The notes under the pieces were generated by a model. It searched no databases, was not told where the DNA came from, and saw only the letters and a program-made list of their open reading frames with translations. The translations under genes were made by a program, and so were the position numbers. A DNA stretch of 64,000 bases from Basidiobolus meristosporus CBS 931.73 (taxonomy: Eukaryota; Fungi; Basidiobolomycota), in the NCBI GenBank assembly GCA_002104905.1, contig MCFE01000004.1, positions 62,001 through 126,000 of the forward strand, read 5' to 3'. Numbering within the stretch: the first letter of the stretch is position 1; each line of letters starts with the position of its first letter. Shown in pieces: positions 1-14,043 of the stretch.

Positions 1-316
1 GAGTCGAAATAAACTGATATCCACTACAGCTTCTTTTGCTTGTTGCTCTCGTACTGGCCATATAGCTGTGCATAATATTGACTTCGACGCTTTCTGCATC
101 ACTGTTTGATATTGATGACAAAGCGAGCAGATACTCTCCAAATTGGGTTAAACCACGCCAATGCTTCCCCTTACTTTGATCAACAGGTTTGAATCCTTCT
201 AATACGTAACATGTCAAAGCGAATGGACTTTTTAGTAATAATAATTCATTGAGCACCAGTCGATTTCTGTATCGTCACTTCTGAAACGGTAGCAAGAGTG
301 ATACAGGTTCGATGCC

Positions 317-2304
317 CTAACAGATTGTGGCCGAAGTGTATTGGTGTTGAACAATTGATCCCGAGTTGTCGTGGCTTCCATGCCAACTGGTGGAAACAAT
401 CTTTGGAAGATAAGGGTGCCAGCTGACATCTCGAGTAACAGCCCGGCGGGAGATGGGCCTTGTAGAATCTCTACTGGTCGCCGCACCAACGTTGAGAGTC
501 TGGACAATGTCTCCAGCAAGATTGAAGACTCGGACCTTGCCATCCTCTGAACCTGTATACAGATATCTTTGGCCAGTATTATGCAACGGAGAGAAATGGC
601 AACGAATCAGCGTCTTGAGGACTCGGTGACCCCTGTAAGTCATCACCGAGCAGTCATTTGGATGTCGGAATCTTCTTGGGCCTGGATACTCCATGAAGCG
701 ATAATCCCAATGGCAGCGGAAATCCAATCGCTCTGAACTGTCAAACTGACTGGCAGTCATCATGTTCCTTCAAAATAAGGAAATATCAGAGAGGATCTCC
801 CGCTATCGTTAGATTGGAATAGAGCTCAAACCTGATATCCCACAGCTTCATGGTTTGGTCTTTCGAGTTGGTCAAGCAATAGCGACCATCTCCTTTGGAG
901 GCAACAAAAGTGATCCCTTCGCTATGGCCCACCAAGGCGCCTGCGGGACGACTCCCTTTCCCCTTCATCGATCTTCGATCCCTAGTCAACGAGGATAAGC
1001 ATCGGGAGTGACGAGTTTCGCGATGAAATGACCAACCAAACTTTCACAAACGAGTCATCACTTCCACTAAAAAGAACATGAGTCGATGCTGGATCGGCAA
1101 AACAAACTGCATTCACCTCATCCTCATGACCAGCGCTTCTGGAAACTACCTTACGAGTTTCAACATCATATACTGGAGACGGGTCAGACCAGATCGTGTT
1201 GGATCGACTAAATAGGAGACATACTGTATATTCTTGCATCACTCGCCCCGGCTACAATCTCACGAGCATCTCCGGAGAACCTAATGGACCACAGCTATAG
1301 GCGATACTGATTAAACGATGTGCAACGCTGCTGATCAAATGACTTCTACAAACCCCAAAACCGGGATATTCATCTCTCCCGAAGTCAAGAGCATGCTGCG
1401 TGTCGTCATGTGGGTCGGTCTTCGCCATATATAGTACAGGAGAGATAGAGGAATATATGATCCATTGATTGTCCGAGCTTAGCGAGGCATCTTTTTGGGC
1501 AACAACGATAAGCGGCTAGTCTGAGACGGATGAGTAAGCAACAATCCATACCTGTGATGGTCCACCGGCCTACGAATATTCCATACATATTAGTAAACAC
1601 CACATGACAAGGATTCGCTGCGATGCATGCTACCTGTTTCACCAACGATGACTTTGGTTTCCACAAACTCTGGCCCAGTAGTGTCGTATATATGGACAAG
1701 AAAATCCTGTCCACAAGCGTAAAAGAAGGTTCTGGGAATATTGTTAGCGCCAACTCGGTATTTGAAAGCAAGCCTACACCATACCCGTCCTCCGAAAATT
1801 GCCCAGAGTATGGGCGTGAATCGTAGTGTGCAACCACCTGACCTCTTCCGGAAGGACGATAGTTCTATTGTAGATCACAAGGTCAGAAGCTAACTTTAGG
1901 GGGTAGAAGGGACCTTTCCAAACCTTTGAGACAGGGGCTTTAAGAAAATAGCTGGGCATGCATTCTCGAGCTATGAGCTTGTCCACCACGTTGACAGATG
2001 TCCTTCGTCTGCCTATGATGTTTTGAGGGTTTACATAAGCATCGGAATAGCCGAACTCGCCGGAGGCTCGTAGTTCATGGCTCTTCTTCAACGCTTCTTT
2101 TTTCTCGAGTTTGCTTTGAATAGGGGTGTAAGTGGCTATGGGGGCTTCCTCCTGCTCGGAGCTATAGAGCTCGTATTCCGAATCAGTACTGTACTCCTCT
2201 TCCATCGCAGCCATATCTCCGTCAAAGGCTTCTTGATATTCATCTGACACATCTTCGTATTCATCACCACTTTCAAAGAACGCTAACTCAAACCACGAAC
2301 TCAT
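317..2304 (-). CDS. DCAF11: DCAF11/WDR23 (LEC14B)-like WD40 substrate receptor of CRL4, multi-exon
   Basis: ORF pieces 1774-2304, 1406-1837, 982-1242, 786-989 and 317-763 join across GT-AG introns. Motifs: SRPYSGQFSEDG, GHEDEVNAVCF...SGSDDSFVKVWD, GHSEGITF...GDGRYCLTNSKDQTMKLWD, WDYR...HPNDCSVMTYRGHRVLKTLIRCHFSP...TGQRYLYTGSEDG and DVSWHP. Acidic N-terminus. Confidence 0.9.
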
Positions 2305-2692
2305 GGCTACTGTTGAGAACTAGAACTGTATTCAAGGAATATAATGTAATGGCCCAACGGTGACTGTTCATTTTGGAGGTTCATCAAATTCCTAGGATGA
2401 GTCAGTCATATGACCATTTTTTCTCCACACTGCGGTACAAACGCATTAGTAATCCAGACCGTCATCGAGATTCGAGCTTACATAACCAGCATGAGGTGAA
2501 TGAGTTCAATGAAATGTTTTTATGAGAATACAAAGATGCATGGGACATAGGAAACAACGACTGAAATGGCCTTGGTTCAAATGAAGAGAGATTCTCCGGG
2601 GAAATAAAAATGAAATTAAAGAAATCCATCAAAGAGATGAAGGCAAGCTTTGTTGTCTAAATGCAAGGGATGTGGACCGAGTCAAGGCAAGT

Positions 2693-3547
2693 CTATTTGC
2701 CATCAGCGGTGACAGGTTTAGCTCCATACAAGCCAATGTTGGTCTCCTTCATGAGGGAGATGATTCTTTCCATTTCTTTATCTACATCGGCATTCAATTC
2801 CTCACGAGTGATGTTCTTGCCTGCCAGCACTTTGTTTAATTTACGTTGGAATTTGGATTCGGCTTGGTTCCTGTTCATCACTTTCTTGAATTCGTCTTTG
2901 GTCATCTTCTTGTTGAGGTTCAACTTGTCTTTCTCAACTGGCAGGGGGACCATGTTTTCTTTTTGCAACTGCTTGTAAGCAAGTGACTTGAGGAACAGGT
3001 TGTACTTCAAATCCTGTGGTCCGTCGATATATTCAATGATAGCCATAGGTGCGTTATCGCCATAACGGTTGCCGAATTTCCAGATACGAGTGTAGCCTCC
3101 GGGACGGGTCTTGAAACGCTCGGCCAATTCATAGAGCTTGGGAAGCGACTCGGGGTGTTCCTATTAATGAGAGTGGGTTAGACATCCGCATGTCTTGCAG
3201 GGAACTTCGATGTCCCATATTGATATATCTGAAGCCACTTACTCTAAGGAAAGCTCGAGCCAACTGTTTGCCCTTCTCATCTTGACGTTTGGCATAAGTA
3301 ACCATCTATAGAGATATAGAGTGAGCAACAGAATACAACTGAACCGAAAACGTGGAAGCGGTCAAACGAAACTGCAAACGCTGAAGAGAAAACTTACTCT
3401 CTCCGCAACACGTCGTAATTCCTTGGCTTTTGGAAGAGTCGTCTTGATTCTCCCTTGAAGAATCAAGGAAGTGGTCATATTACGAAGCATGGCCACGCGG
3501 TGAGACCATTTTTTGTTGAGTCTGCGAAAGTGTTTTCCGTGATGCAT
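2693..3547 (-). CDS. MRPL17: mitochondrial ribosomal protein bL17m, 3 exons
   Basis: [46 protein letters not shown] and [31 protein letters not shown] are L17 signatures. ATG at 3547 and two gtaagt introns. Confidence 0.92.
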
Positions 3548-3836
3548 TCTGCCCACTTAGTCTCCAACTTGAACCAGGCAAAACCTAAACACGTCAAGAA
3601 CTAGCGAAAATCTTAGCGGGTTAATATTCAAAAATCAAAATTTTTCTCTCCAGCACCCCTACCACTGTTGAATAGTCACAGCAGCGAAAAGTTGCCTGAT
3701 CCATTGATGCTTAACATCGTGCTAATCCATGGATCCTGTTTAATTTCGCTTAATCCATCTGTATATTGACGTAACAGTGTGGCAGCAGATTTAAGATTGA
3801 ATAATAGAACGAGCAACCATCAACAGCAATAAACGT

Positions 3837-5589
3837 ATGAGTGACATGCAAACTGATTCTGTTGAGGAAATGGCGACTCCACCTGAAGTCAACGTAGACT
3901 GGAAAGGTCGTTGGGCAAATATACGAAAAGTGCTGGACAGGACCGGGCCCTTCAGTCATCCCGATTTCGCCCCGGGAGAAGAAGTATTCTTAGACTCCCG
4001 CCTGGTTGAAGTCAACAGCCTGTTAATTGTCGTACTTCTAGGTCAGAACTTTCCTCCGCCAGTGCAAAATTCTTGTCATTGGTGCAGGCGGCTTGGGCTG
4101 CGAAATCCTGAAGAACCTCGCTCTGAGCGGATTCTCCGATATTCACGTAATTGACATGGACACCATTGACGTCAGCAACCTAAACCGCCAGTTCTTATTC
4201 AGGTGGCAGTTGATTACGATCTTGAAGTAGCTTTTGCTTCACCCAGACTTACCATATTTAACACGTGTTGCATATCAGACCAAGTGATGTGGGAAGACCG
4301 AAAGCCATCGTGGCCGCCGAGTTTATAATGAAGCGTGTAGAAGGGGTCAAAGTAACACCGTAAGCATCTTTAGGACGTGAAATCCTCTATCTTCATACGA
4401 TATCAACCCAATTGAAATATACAGATATTTTGGCAAAATCCAAGACAAAGACGATGAATATTACTCGCAATTCCAACTTGTTATTTGCGGATTGGATTCG
4501 GTAGAAGCAAGAAGATGGATCAACGCTACACTGGTGAACATGGTGGACGATGAAGTTCCGGAGAGTATCAAGCCGCTCATTGATGGTGGAACTGAGGGTA
4601 TGGTTGCGCACGCTACGCCTACACCTTGGCAGAGACTTTAATTGTTTGTGACATAGGCTTCAAAGGACAGGCTCGTGTGATTCTGCCCACCATCTCGTCA
4701 TGCTACGAGTGCTCACTGGACATGCTGAACAAGCCGACCACCTATCCCATCTGTACCATCGCAAACACCCCTCGATTGCCAGAGCACTGTATCGAATGGG
4801 CCTCTGTCTTGGAATGGCCCAAGGTTCATGGAGGTAAAGAGCATAGCAATACTCAGCTTGGCGATCGTATTCTTATCGACCCGATACAGATAAAAAACTT
4901 GACACTGATGATCCGGCACACATTAAATGGCTTTTTGATACCGCCTCGGCTCGCGCTAAGCAATTCGACATCACAGGCGTTACCTACACGCTTACACAGG
5001 GGGTTGTCAAAAACATCATCCCTGCTATAGCATCGACCAACGCAGTGATAGCAGGTAACTCCCTCGAGATCCTCTACTTGGTGATCGTCCACTAATACGA
5101 ACCCACCCTACAAAGCCGCCTGTACCAATGAAGCATTCAAGATAGCAACAAGCTCGGTGCCTTACCTGGACAACTACATGATGTACACTGGGAACGAGAG
5201 TGTCTACACATACACTTTCCAGCACCAGCGTAAGCCTGACTGTAGCGTGTGCGGCACAGTCTCCGTGACCGTCCAAGTCAATCCTGAATGGACTCTGCTC
5301 GAGTTTATCGAGTATCTGACTGAAAACCCTGACATGTAAGTAGACCTAGCAGATCTTCCTGAAATCCCACCGACACTCATCCAATTCCAGCCAACTCAAG
5401 AAGCCCAGTCTACGTCTACCATCACAATCCTTGTACATGCAAGCCCCTCCTGCATTGGAGCAAGCAACTCGTCTCAACCTTACCAAGCAGATGAAGGACC
5501 TGGTCCAAGTGGGCGATGAAATCACAGTTACTGATCTGACTCTACCTATTAGCATGACGATTAAAGTGGAAATTAGCAAGGTTTGTTGA
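3837..5589 (+). CDS. UBA3: NEDD8-activating enzyme E1 catalytic subunit, multi-exon
   Basis: [62 protein letters not shown] and the catalytic region [19 protein letters not shown]. Stop TGA at 5587-5589. Divergent from MRPL17. Confidence 0.95.
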
Positions 5590-6244
5590 GTATTTGGCAG
5601 TATGCGCAATAAAGTGTTACCATAGTCAAATAAATACATCAATGTCCCCTGCAGTGCCACAAACCAACGGCCATTTCCAAGGACGTTGCTGGTGTTGACA
5701 TTGTTGATGGGAGCATACTTACGTAAGAGTGCTGCGTGATGTATTTGGAAGGAGAAGGATGGATTGCCACTGCATGTTGGCCTGCACGAGTGGCAGCCAC
5801 CCTACCCGATGCAAGCAGTGTTGCTCATTCTCGATGATCGCTAACCTGCTCCTACTTGAAATGTATCTGAGCCTTGCTAATATATCAGGATATGGAACCT
5901 CATAATGAACAGCATCAGGCTCCTACAAGTGTATCAGGTGAATGCACATTTCTCATCAATCCCCCATTCACCGATTGGTTTTTATTTTTCCAGATTCATG
6001 AAATTACCCTGATCTCTCTACGCAATGAAATTGCCAATCAATTCGGTTGGTTGCACTTGGGGGATTGTTATTTATATACCATGGCTGCCGCCGCTACTGA
6101 CATTGGTTCTTTACGTGATCGCTCTCTCCTCACGTATCTTCATCTTGTTTGTGTATATTTGTATATCTTTCGTGCTAAACATTAAATACCCTTTTGGTGA
6201 ACTCTATTTGTATTAAATAATCAACTCGCGTGTTTTCGGAAGCC

Positions 6245-7102
6245 ATGCTTTTCCAACACACCACTCAACGTCAACTACCGTTTGGAGGGTCTTGCGGCTC
6301 TCCCGTCAAGTCCAAGAACTCTTCGTTGGACCTGGATCTACCAAGATTCAACCGCCTACCAACTCCTCTGAACGGTGACATTAAGCTGCCTTATAAGTTC
6401 CTTGCGTACGACTCGAACGATATCATCGCACCGGCTCCTAAAAAGCCTCACTGCGGTGACCAAAATATGTACAAGCCGGGCCCCACCCGCGCCTCCTCAA
6501 CCTGGAGTTTATCCACTTTGGACGAGGACAGTGATGAAGATACATTCGAGGCTGACTTGAAAGCGAAGCTGCCTGAGTGGTAAGCTCCCTTCAAAATCCC
6601 TCATTCAACCTTTCACTCATTCATAGTTGACAGGACTGCCGAGAACGACGCTTACGTGGAGCTCTTGCAAATAGTTAATAATGGAAGCCCTAAAACCTTT
6701 TACACTGCACCGGATTCTTCAGTCGAATTTCCGACGGATAGACGGCCTACTTTCGAAGCCGCTCAGCCTATGTCTATCGAGAAGAAACAAAGACGCCTCG
6801 ATGATTGTGGAGACCACACCATAGGCTATGGTGAACTCCTGGGTCGTTCTCCTATCTGTAGAACTCAAAATCCTCTTCCATTGGATTCCATGTTCTCACT
6901 CAAGGATATTTCACCAGAAGTCACCATGCGCTATCCACCGAACGAATCGACCGCTATGGCGAGGGGAAATACAAGTGAAATCAAGTCCAACGCAAGCTTG
7001 ATTAGAGCGAATCCACTTGCGCTCTCCTTCCGTAAGATCCATTTACGCCCCAGATCGCTTAGTGTTGGCGCTCGGTCAGGCCAAGCCGGCGGCACTTTTT
7101 AA
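6245..7102 (+). CDS. uncharacterised Ser/Pro-rich protein (about 270 aa), 2 exons
   Basis: Exon 6245-6579, intron 6580-6633 (gtaagc...gacag), then exon 6634-7102, which splices in frame (LPEW-TAENDAYVEL) to ORF 6656-7102. No recognisable folded domain. Confidence 0.7.
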
Positions 7103-7591
7103 TCGAGCCTCAACCGACACAAGGGGAATATTGCGCCACTCGCATATTTCGTAATCATCACCCAGATCTGGTGGCCCTTGTATATACTTCTAAACTATAT
7201 TTTTCACCTTCGTCTATTGCTATATTTTGAATTTAGTTCTCCCCCCCCCCACTCACAAAACCTGTGGTCATATATATATATATAGTTATATAGTTACATC
7301 AGGACCATGCGCTGAACAAGCAGTACATGGTTTGGATAGAATCACTCTAGTTGTCATATACTTTCCATCAATCCCACTGGCACTCAAACATTTGCTCAAC
7401 ATTGCCCCCCTCACCACCTCCCTTCTCCTGATATAAGCGCATTTTATACATATTTGAAACATGGTCAGGCTAACCGCTAGAATGGTTTACGTCATTGACT
7501 AGGTAAATAAAATGAAGTCCGTTGCGAATATATCCTTTATTAACGAGAAAGTGAACTAATAGGTACAGAGTGAATAGTAATTAAATCCTCT

Positions 7592-9049
7592 TCAATTGCC
7601 AGGAAATCCCTGATCCTTCAACACTCGAAATTGTTCCAACCGTTGCATTCCGTACTTGAAATAGTCAAATTCAATTCCGGATTGTGATGCCTGAACAAGG
7701 CCCCAAAGCCCCCAAAGGAGGTGAGAGGCGGGCGCAAACTGATTCACCTCTTTGTAGAGCTTCTCGATCTTCTCCTGGCTGGATGGCTCGGACTCTCCTA
7801 CGCTGCTGAATTGCTTCTCCGCTTCGACATAGGCCGAAAGGAAATTGTACTGCTCCTCCTTGCTTGGGTATTTGTCGAGGCGCAGAAAGTGTGGCTCCTC
7901 CGAGAGGTAGTCTGCCGTCCATTCGCAGAAGTGGTTGGCGATATCGTAGGCTCGATAGTTATACCCTGAGTACTCGAAGTCGATCACAATCAGCTCGTTG
8001 GTTTTTTTGGCTCGAAGAATGTTGCCATACTGAGTCTAGAGTGGATGAAACGCGATGTTAGTGATTGGAAGGTGGTCTTGTCTATTAGCAATACTTCATA
8101 CATCATTGTGTGCGAAAACGACTGGTGATTCGAGCTCGGATAATGCGTCTTGGAATGCATCTATCTCATCCCCCAGTTTGACTAGATCGAACGCCTCTAA
8201 ACGATCGCGAGCTTCTGGATCCCGTTGGGCGACTAATGAGGCGGCCTTGATGGCCAATGGATACCACTTATCAATGCTTAGCCACATCTCTGGTACGAAA
8301 TCTTCCTCAGGCGGATATATTGATACAACAGTGTGCAGTTGCATTAAGCGCCTTGCAATATGCCGCGAGATGGAAGGATCCCTAATGTCATCCCTGGTCA
8401 GGGTAGTTGAATCAATATATTCCTCCAATCTACCATTGCGGAAGAGCCCCAGAAGCTTGGGGCCGATACCCAAGGAGGATAGTCTGCTGAGCCAGCAGAG
8501 TTCTTTGTCTCTGATGAAGAGCTGATCGACACCTTCGCCGTAAACACGCAGCAGTATCTTCTGAACCCCTCCTTCGGGTTTGTGTTTTTTAGCTGGCCCT
8601 TCGACCAAGAATACGCAATTGGTCAGAGCACCACTGATACGATGCAGCTTCACATCCGACACTTCGGCGTGGCCCCAGCTAGGAATCAGGCTGCGAATAA
8701 GCTCCGTTACCTTTATCTGCAGTACCTCTGGGTTCTTCAATGTCCTGAGCACAAGACTGGTTAGTTTAAGACGAAGATATTAGAAAAATCGACATAAGCC
8801 TGACTTTAGGTCCAATATCATATCAGAGTTGGGGATGGGCTCCGCCTTGATCTCTCCATTTGCTGAATTCGGACGACTGTGACGACCAAAGCTGTTTCTT
8901 CTGGGAGTATGTGGGCGTTTATGACCCCATGTTGGGAGAATAGCCTTGAATGTTTTACGGGCGCCCCTGGCCAAAGCTTTTCTCAGCCCGAAGTGGTAAA
9001 GATGATGATGATGTTTATCTACGGAGTTCTCTTTAATACTGGTAGACAT
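7592..9049 (-). CDS. CKI1: choline/ethanolamine kinase, 4 exons
   Basis: RISGALTNCVF, ILLRVYG, LGIGPKLLGLFRNGRLEEYI, Brenner motif VFAHND-TQYGNIL split by an intron, and IDFEYSGYNYRAYDIANHFCEW. Choline versus ethanolamine specificity cannot be resolved from sequence. Confidence 0.9.
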
Positions 9050-10888
9050 ACTTTCTATTGAAATGTATAATAATCTAAGATGGTGAATTCAGAGGATATC
9101 TATGTGCATATATTTGGGGTGGATGTGAGGACCAGGTGCAACACTGCTGCTACGCTAGTTCTTGTATACAAAGGAGAAATAATGAGGAACGTGCAATACC
9201 TTAAGTTGAGCCTAGTATATATGAATGGGGTACGTTATTTAGTATTGGATGCTTCTTGTTACAACGTATGTGCCAGTGTATGTGTTGATATGCGTATATA
9301 TAGACAGAAGTTTCTTTAGGTGGTTGTGCACTTGTGGAGGGAAAATGAGTATGGAGAAGAGAGAGAGCTGAATATCTGCCGGACAGGGATTCACTCAGAA
9401 GATAAAATATATTTGCCAATCGTGGTAATCTGGCTTGTTTCACAGCCTTGGATTTTTTCGAAATTAGACAATAATTTTAGTTTGACCAAGCAATTCTGAC
9501 AATATTACTCGACCGCTCTATTCATGTGATAGGATGACTAGCGTACGTAGGGTTAGAAAGGAAATTTACATGATGGACAGCTGACACGTATCTTGGCGGA
9601 CACATAGGCGTCACTGCGTCGCGCAGCCTTAGCTGCACGAAACGTTTCGAACAGTCTTTCTCTCTTTTAATACTGCAAGGCAACATCTCTAGAAGACCCT
9701 CCTGGAGGCGACTATTTCAAGCCAATAATTTTCGAAATGAAACGTTTCACGTTTAAGGTTTAATACGTACAATCATCAGGACCAATTAAATAAGAATGAA
9801 TGCGCCGTTATCCGTCAGTTGTTATCATGAAATGTGCCAATTTCTGGTTTGCTAAAGAATCAATTGCATCTATCCAATTTGGGAAAATGAAATTTCAGGA
9901 TTAACTTTATGCAAGCTCCACTGGTAAATTGGTTTACTTAGTTAACCTTTAGGTGATAGCATGACCTCAGCTGAGATCCCCAAACTAAATATGTTAATCG
10001 ATTTATATGTTAAAAATATAACCAAATAAAGGTACTTTATTCACACACTATGCCATTTAGTCCAAGAGGATTAAGTGGGCAGCAATCCTAATAATGGTGA
10101 CATTTATCATGGGATACGCGGAGCCATAATATCTCTCCAGATTACTTAACTAGGTAGGTAGATCCGACAGCCCTATTTTACCCGAACATACCTAGCGAAT
10201 CAAGTATTATTTATAGATCGCGTGTATTTCGGAAATCAGAATCGAAAGGACTGTCAATAAGGCACCAGAAATGGTCAACTTAGTTAAAAGCTGAAACATA
10301 GTGCTTCTTTGGTACGGTATGTCAAGCCCAAGGGTTGTTACTCCACACTACAGCCAGGTGGGCTCTTATCAGATTATACCTTTCCATGGCTGGTCCCTCG
10401 AATACTTAGCAAACTTCCGGGATTGAGACCGGGGATATGCGCGCTAATTAAGTAGACTCATACTATGTGCTAGATATCATTTACCCTTTGCCCGAGCTAA
10501 TTATTTAGCTAACGGAAAAACTTGGGAAGCATACTTGGGGCAGTATTATCGGATGCTTCCATATATGGCTGAAATCCCTTCACTCCTCAGTGACCATTGG
10601 TTCGGAGTAAGCGTTCCTAATATTCAAGCCAAATGGTTCCGGACTCCCCAACGAATAAATTTTACTAGTGTGACTATCTAGATGGTTTTCAAGAAGGGTT
10701 TTCAAGTAAGACAGTTTACCAATTATGAGCTATACACCACCGAATAAGGGAATACGAATCTTGGAAGTTATAGTTGGTCTTATAAGCTATAAATACTGGC
10801 CCATACGCCAGCTGAACTTGTTCACTTTTACTTCTTCCGTCCCTCTGTAGTTAGGCTTTTAGAGAAGCATCTGTTACAGGATATCAAC

Positions 10889-11738
10889 ATGTCTAAGCAA
10901 GCTAATATGACATTGCTTCAGCAATTCTCTACTCAGCCATTCACCGTAATGGGTCCTAATGAAATAGAATTGAAGACAGAATCATTTGCCGAGCCATTGT
11001 TCCCAGCTGGTACAGTATTATGCAACCAATACCGCTGTTGAGTTTCTTAGCTTACGCCATCGTTTTTGAAAGCGGACAACTTTGGTTTTCCATCAATACC
11101 GGTGCCTAGTAATCTCGTTCCAACCACCAATACCAACTGTAATTGCTGGACACCATTGGACTCTCCGATTATTTCATCCCCATCTTCCGAGAACGGACTC
11201 CTAGAGATCCAAGAGTACAACAAGGAGGCATATGAGCAGGCATCTGGATGCTCACGCAAACGGACAAGACAATCTTTCTCAGAAGAAAGCGAGACCAACT
11301 CTGACGGTGGTGAAGATCATAGGTAAGTTTTCACCATCTTACTATATCGATACACATATGCTAATCAGCCTAATCAACCTAGCGTTTCTAACGCTGAAAT
11401 GAGACGCCAAATTCATATTCAATCAGAGCAAAAGCGTCGGGCGCAAATCAAAGATGGATTCGAGGAGCTCAAGAAGCATTTACCAAACTGTAGCAACAAG
11501 AAGATCAGCAAAGCATGCATCCTCGGGAAAAGTAAGGGCTTTCTTAAATGATTCATGGCCATACTCGACACTAACATGTACATCCACAGCCATCCAACAC
11601 TTGGAGAGCATGAAAGAGACCCAGATGGCCTTAATGACACAGCTTCAGATGATGCGAGCAGAGAATCAGAAGCTGCGTCAGTTTTATCAAGTCATACAAC
11701 AACAGCAACACCAACCGCAAGACAAATTGTTCCCATGA
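10889..11738 (+). CDS. bHLH-ZIP transcription factor (MLX/Max-like fungal class); first-intron boundaries uncertain
   Basis: Exon 11383-11531 encodes RRQIHIQSEQKRRAQIKDGFEELKKHLPNCSNKKISKACILGK. The last exon encodes TIQHLESMKETQMALMTQLQMMRAENQKLR (helix 2 plus zipper). TATAAATA at 10788-10795. Confidence 0.85.
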
Positions 11739-12783
11739 TGCGCCTTCCTTAGCACCATGTCTGTATAGAACTAATTAATGGACCCACCTCTTGTTTGTAG
11801 ACACCTTGTAGAAGCACTTCCTTTCACCCACAATGTGCCTGTATTATACATCAACCTCATACTACAGGTTAGATCACGACCAACTCCATATAGTAACTCG
11901 GTTTCAAGACTAATTAAAGACAGCTTGATAATGCAGTCATCTTACGAAAATGATTAACCGATGGCTATCGATCAATGCTATCTGAGGATCACCCCTAAAT
12001 GAATAGGAGAAATCCAGAGCAGGATGGCCATCGCTGCATAAAACAAACCAGTGTCTTGATCGACACCACCATTGGCTCCAAATGACGATAAGGGATCGCA
12101 AAGAAGGTTCGAGTAGGTTTAAGCACACTAGCGATCATTCGCCCAGAGATAAGGCAGATGGATATATGTGATGAGGTGATGCGCTCAAGGTTTCCGAGCC
12201 AAAGCACAGCCCATTCACCGAGGTGCCCATTGGCCAGAGGCCGGATCTAGACCCTGGGAATCAATGCCAAATCTTCACTAATTGCCTGGATATCCATTGC
12301 CAACACTGCCTAACCCACCCGAAACTATCCAAAACATCCGCAAATGCCATCGATTACGAGCTTTTCGATCAAAGTTATCCAATGGAACCATCCAGGCATT
12401 GACATATATATAATTATCGAATTAGCCATCGATGGGCGTGACGTAAAGGGGTTATCACCTTGTTGAAAAGCTAAAAGATTCCTTTACCTGGTTTCAAAAT
12501 CCATCCTTCAGCCGACCAATCGACGCTCCCCCAGACCACTCATCGTGTTGACCATGCCTCCTGTATACGGTTGGTTGATTGTTTATACCTCGAAAATCCC
12601 GCTGACTTGGTGGAATCATTGGTATTGAATCCATTTTGACGTAAGCAAAGCTTGTCCCAATCCCTAATAGGCCCAATTCGCCTAGTCGAGTTTTTTTTGA
12701 TTGAACCGTTCTTTCATGAATATAAATGGGTGGCTCTGTGAGAGTGCTCCTTACTACGAAGTCATTCTTGTAATCACTTAACA

Positions 12784-14043
12784 ATGTCCAACAACTCTCT
12801 CTCCAGCAAGCTCAGCATCGCTGATGTTGATGTCAAGGGTAAGCGTGTCCTTATCCGTGTTGACTTCAACGTCCCCTTCGCTGATGGCAAGATCAGCAAC
12901 AACCAACGTATCGTTGCTGCCCTCCCCACCATCAAGCACGTTCTTGACAACGGTGCCGCCGCCGTCATCCTCATGTCTCACCTTGGTCGTCCCAACGGTG
13001 AGCGTGTTGCCAAGTACTCCCTCAAGCCTGTTGCTGAGGAGCTCAGCAAGCTTTTGAGCCGCGATGTCACCTTCCTTGAGGACTGTGTTGGTAAGGAAGT
13101 TGAGGATGTCTGCGTCGCCGCCAAGGACGGTAAGGTTATCCTTTTGGAGAATCTTCGTTACCACATCGAGGAAGAAGGTTCCGTCAAGGACAAGGAGGGT
13201 AACAAGACCAAGGCCTCCCCCGAGAGCGTTAAGGCTTTCCGTGAGTCCCTCACCAAGCTCGGTGAAGTTTACGTCAACGATGCCTTCGGTACCGCTCACC
13301 GTGCCCACTCCTCCATGGTCGGTGTTGACCTCCCCGTCCGTGCCGCTGGTTTCCTCATGAAGAAGGAGCTCGATTTCTTCTCCAAGGCTTTGGAATCCCC
13401 CGAGCGTCCCTTCCTCTCCATTCTTGGTGGTGCCAAGGTTTCCGATAAGATCCAACTTATTGACAACTTGCTCGACAAAGTTGACGCCATGATCATCGGT
13501 GGTGGTATGGCTTACACCTTCAAGAAGACCCTCGAGAACGTCGAGATCGGTAACTCCTTGTTCGACAAGGCTGGTGCCGAAATCGTCGGTAACATCGTCG
13601 AGAAGGCCAAGAAGAACGGTGTCAAACTCTACCTCCCCTGTGACTACGTCACTGGCGACAAGTTCAGCAAGGATTCCAACACTGGTTACGCTACCGATGA
13701 GACTGGTATCCCAGCTGGCTGGGAAGGTTTTGATTGCGGAGAGAAGTCTCGCGAGATCAACCGCAAGGCCATCCTTGAGGCCAAGACCATCCTCTGGAAC
13801 GGTCCCCTCGGTGTCTTCGAATTCGAAATCTTCGACAAGGGTACCCGCGCTGCCATGGATGCCGTCGTTGAGGCTACCAAGAACGGAGCCACCTCCATTG
13901 TTGGTGGTGGTGACACCGCCACCGCTGCCGCCAAGTTCGGACAAGAGGCCAACCTCAGCCACGTCTCCACTGGTGGTGGTGCCTCCTTGGAATTGTTGGA
14001 AGGAAAACAACTCCCCGGTGTTGTTGCCCTCTCCTCCAAATAG
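12784..14043 (+). CDS. PGK1: phosphoglycerate kinase, intronless
   Basis: 419-aa ORF with [62 protein letters not shown] and [15 protein letters not shown]. Strong codon bias. TATAAA at 12721. Confidence 0.99.
   Translation: MSNNSLSSKLSIADVDVKGKRVLIRVDFNVPFADGKISNNQRIVAALPTIKHVLDNGAAAVILMSHLGRPNGERVAKYSLKPVAEELSKLLSRDVTFLEDCVGKEVEDVCVAAKDGKVILLENLRYHIEEEGSVKDKEGNKTKASPESVKAFRESLTKLGEVYVNDAFGTAHRAHSSMVGVDLPVRAAGFLMKKELDFFSKALESPERPFLSILGGAKVSDKIQLIDNLLDKVDAMIIGGGMAYTFKKTLENVEIGNSLFDKAGAEIVGNIVEKAKKNGVKLYLPCDYVTGDKFSKDSNTGYATDETGIPAGWEGFDCGEKSREINRKAILEAKTILWNGPLGVFEFEIFDKGTRAAMDAVVEATKNGATSIVGGGDTATAAAKFGQEANLSHVSTGGGASLELLEGKQLPGVVALSSK

Noticed and set aside
317-5589. DCAF11 and UBA3 (both cullin/NEDD8 pathway) close together
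   Set aside because: Two housekeeping genes separated by an unrelated ribosomal protein gene. No evidence for a functional cluster without synteny data.
7238-7295. Poly-C run and short (AT)n tract
   Set aside because: Ordinary simple repeats in a convergent intergenic region.
7592-9049. Choline kinase as equivalent of the choline transporter in the AMF MAT locus
   Set aside because: It is a different protein family and lies on the PGK side. The shared word is probably coincidence.
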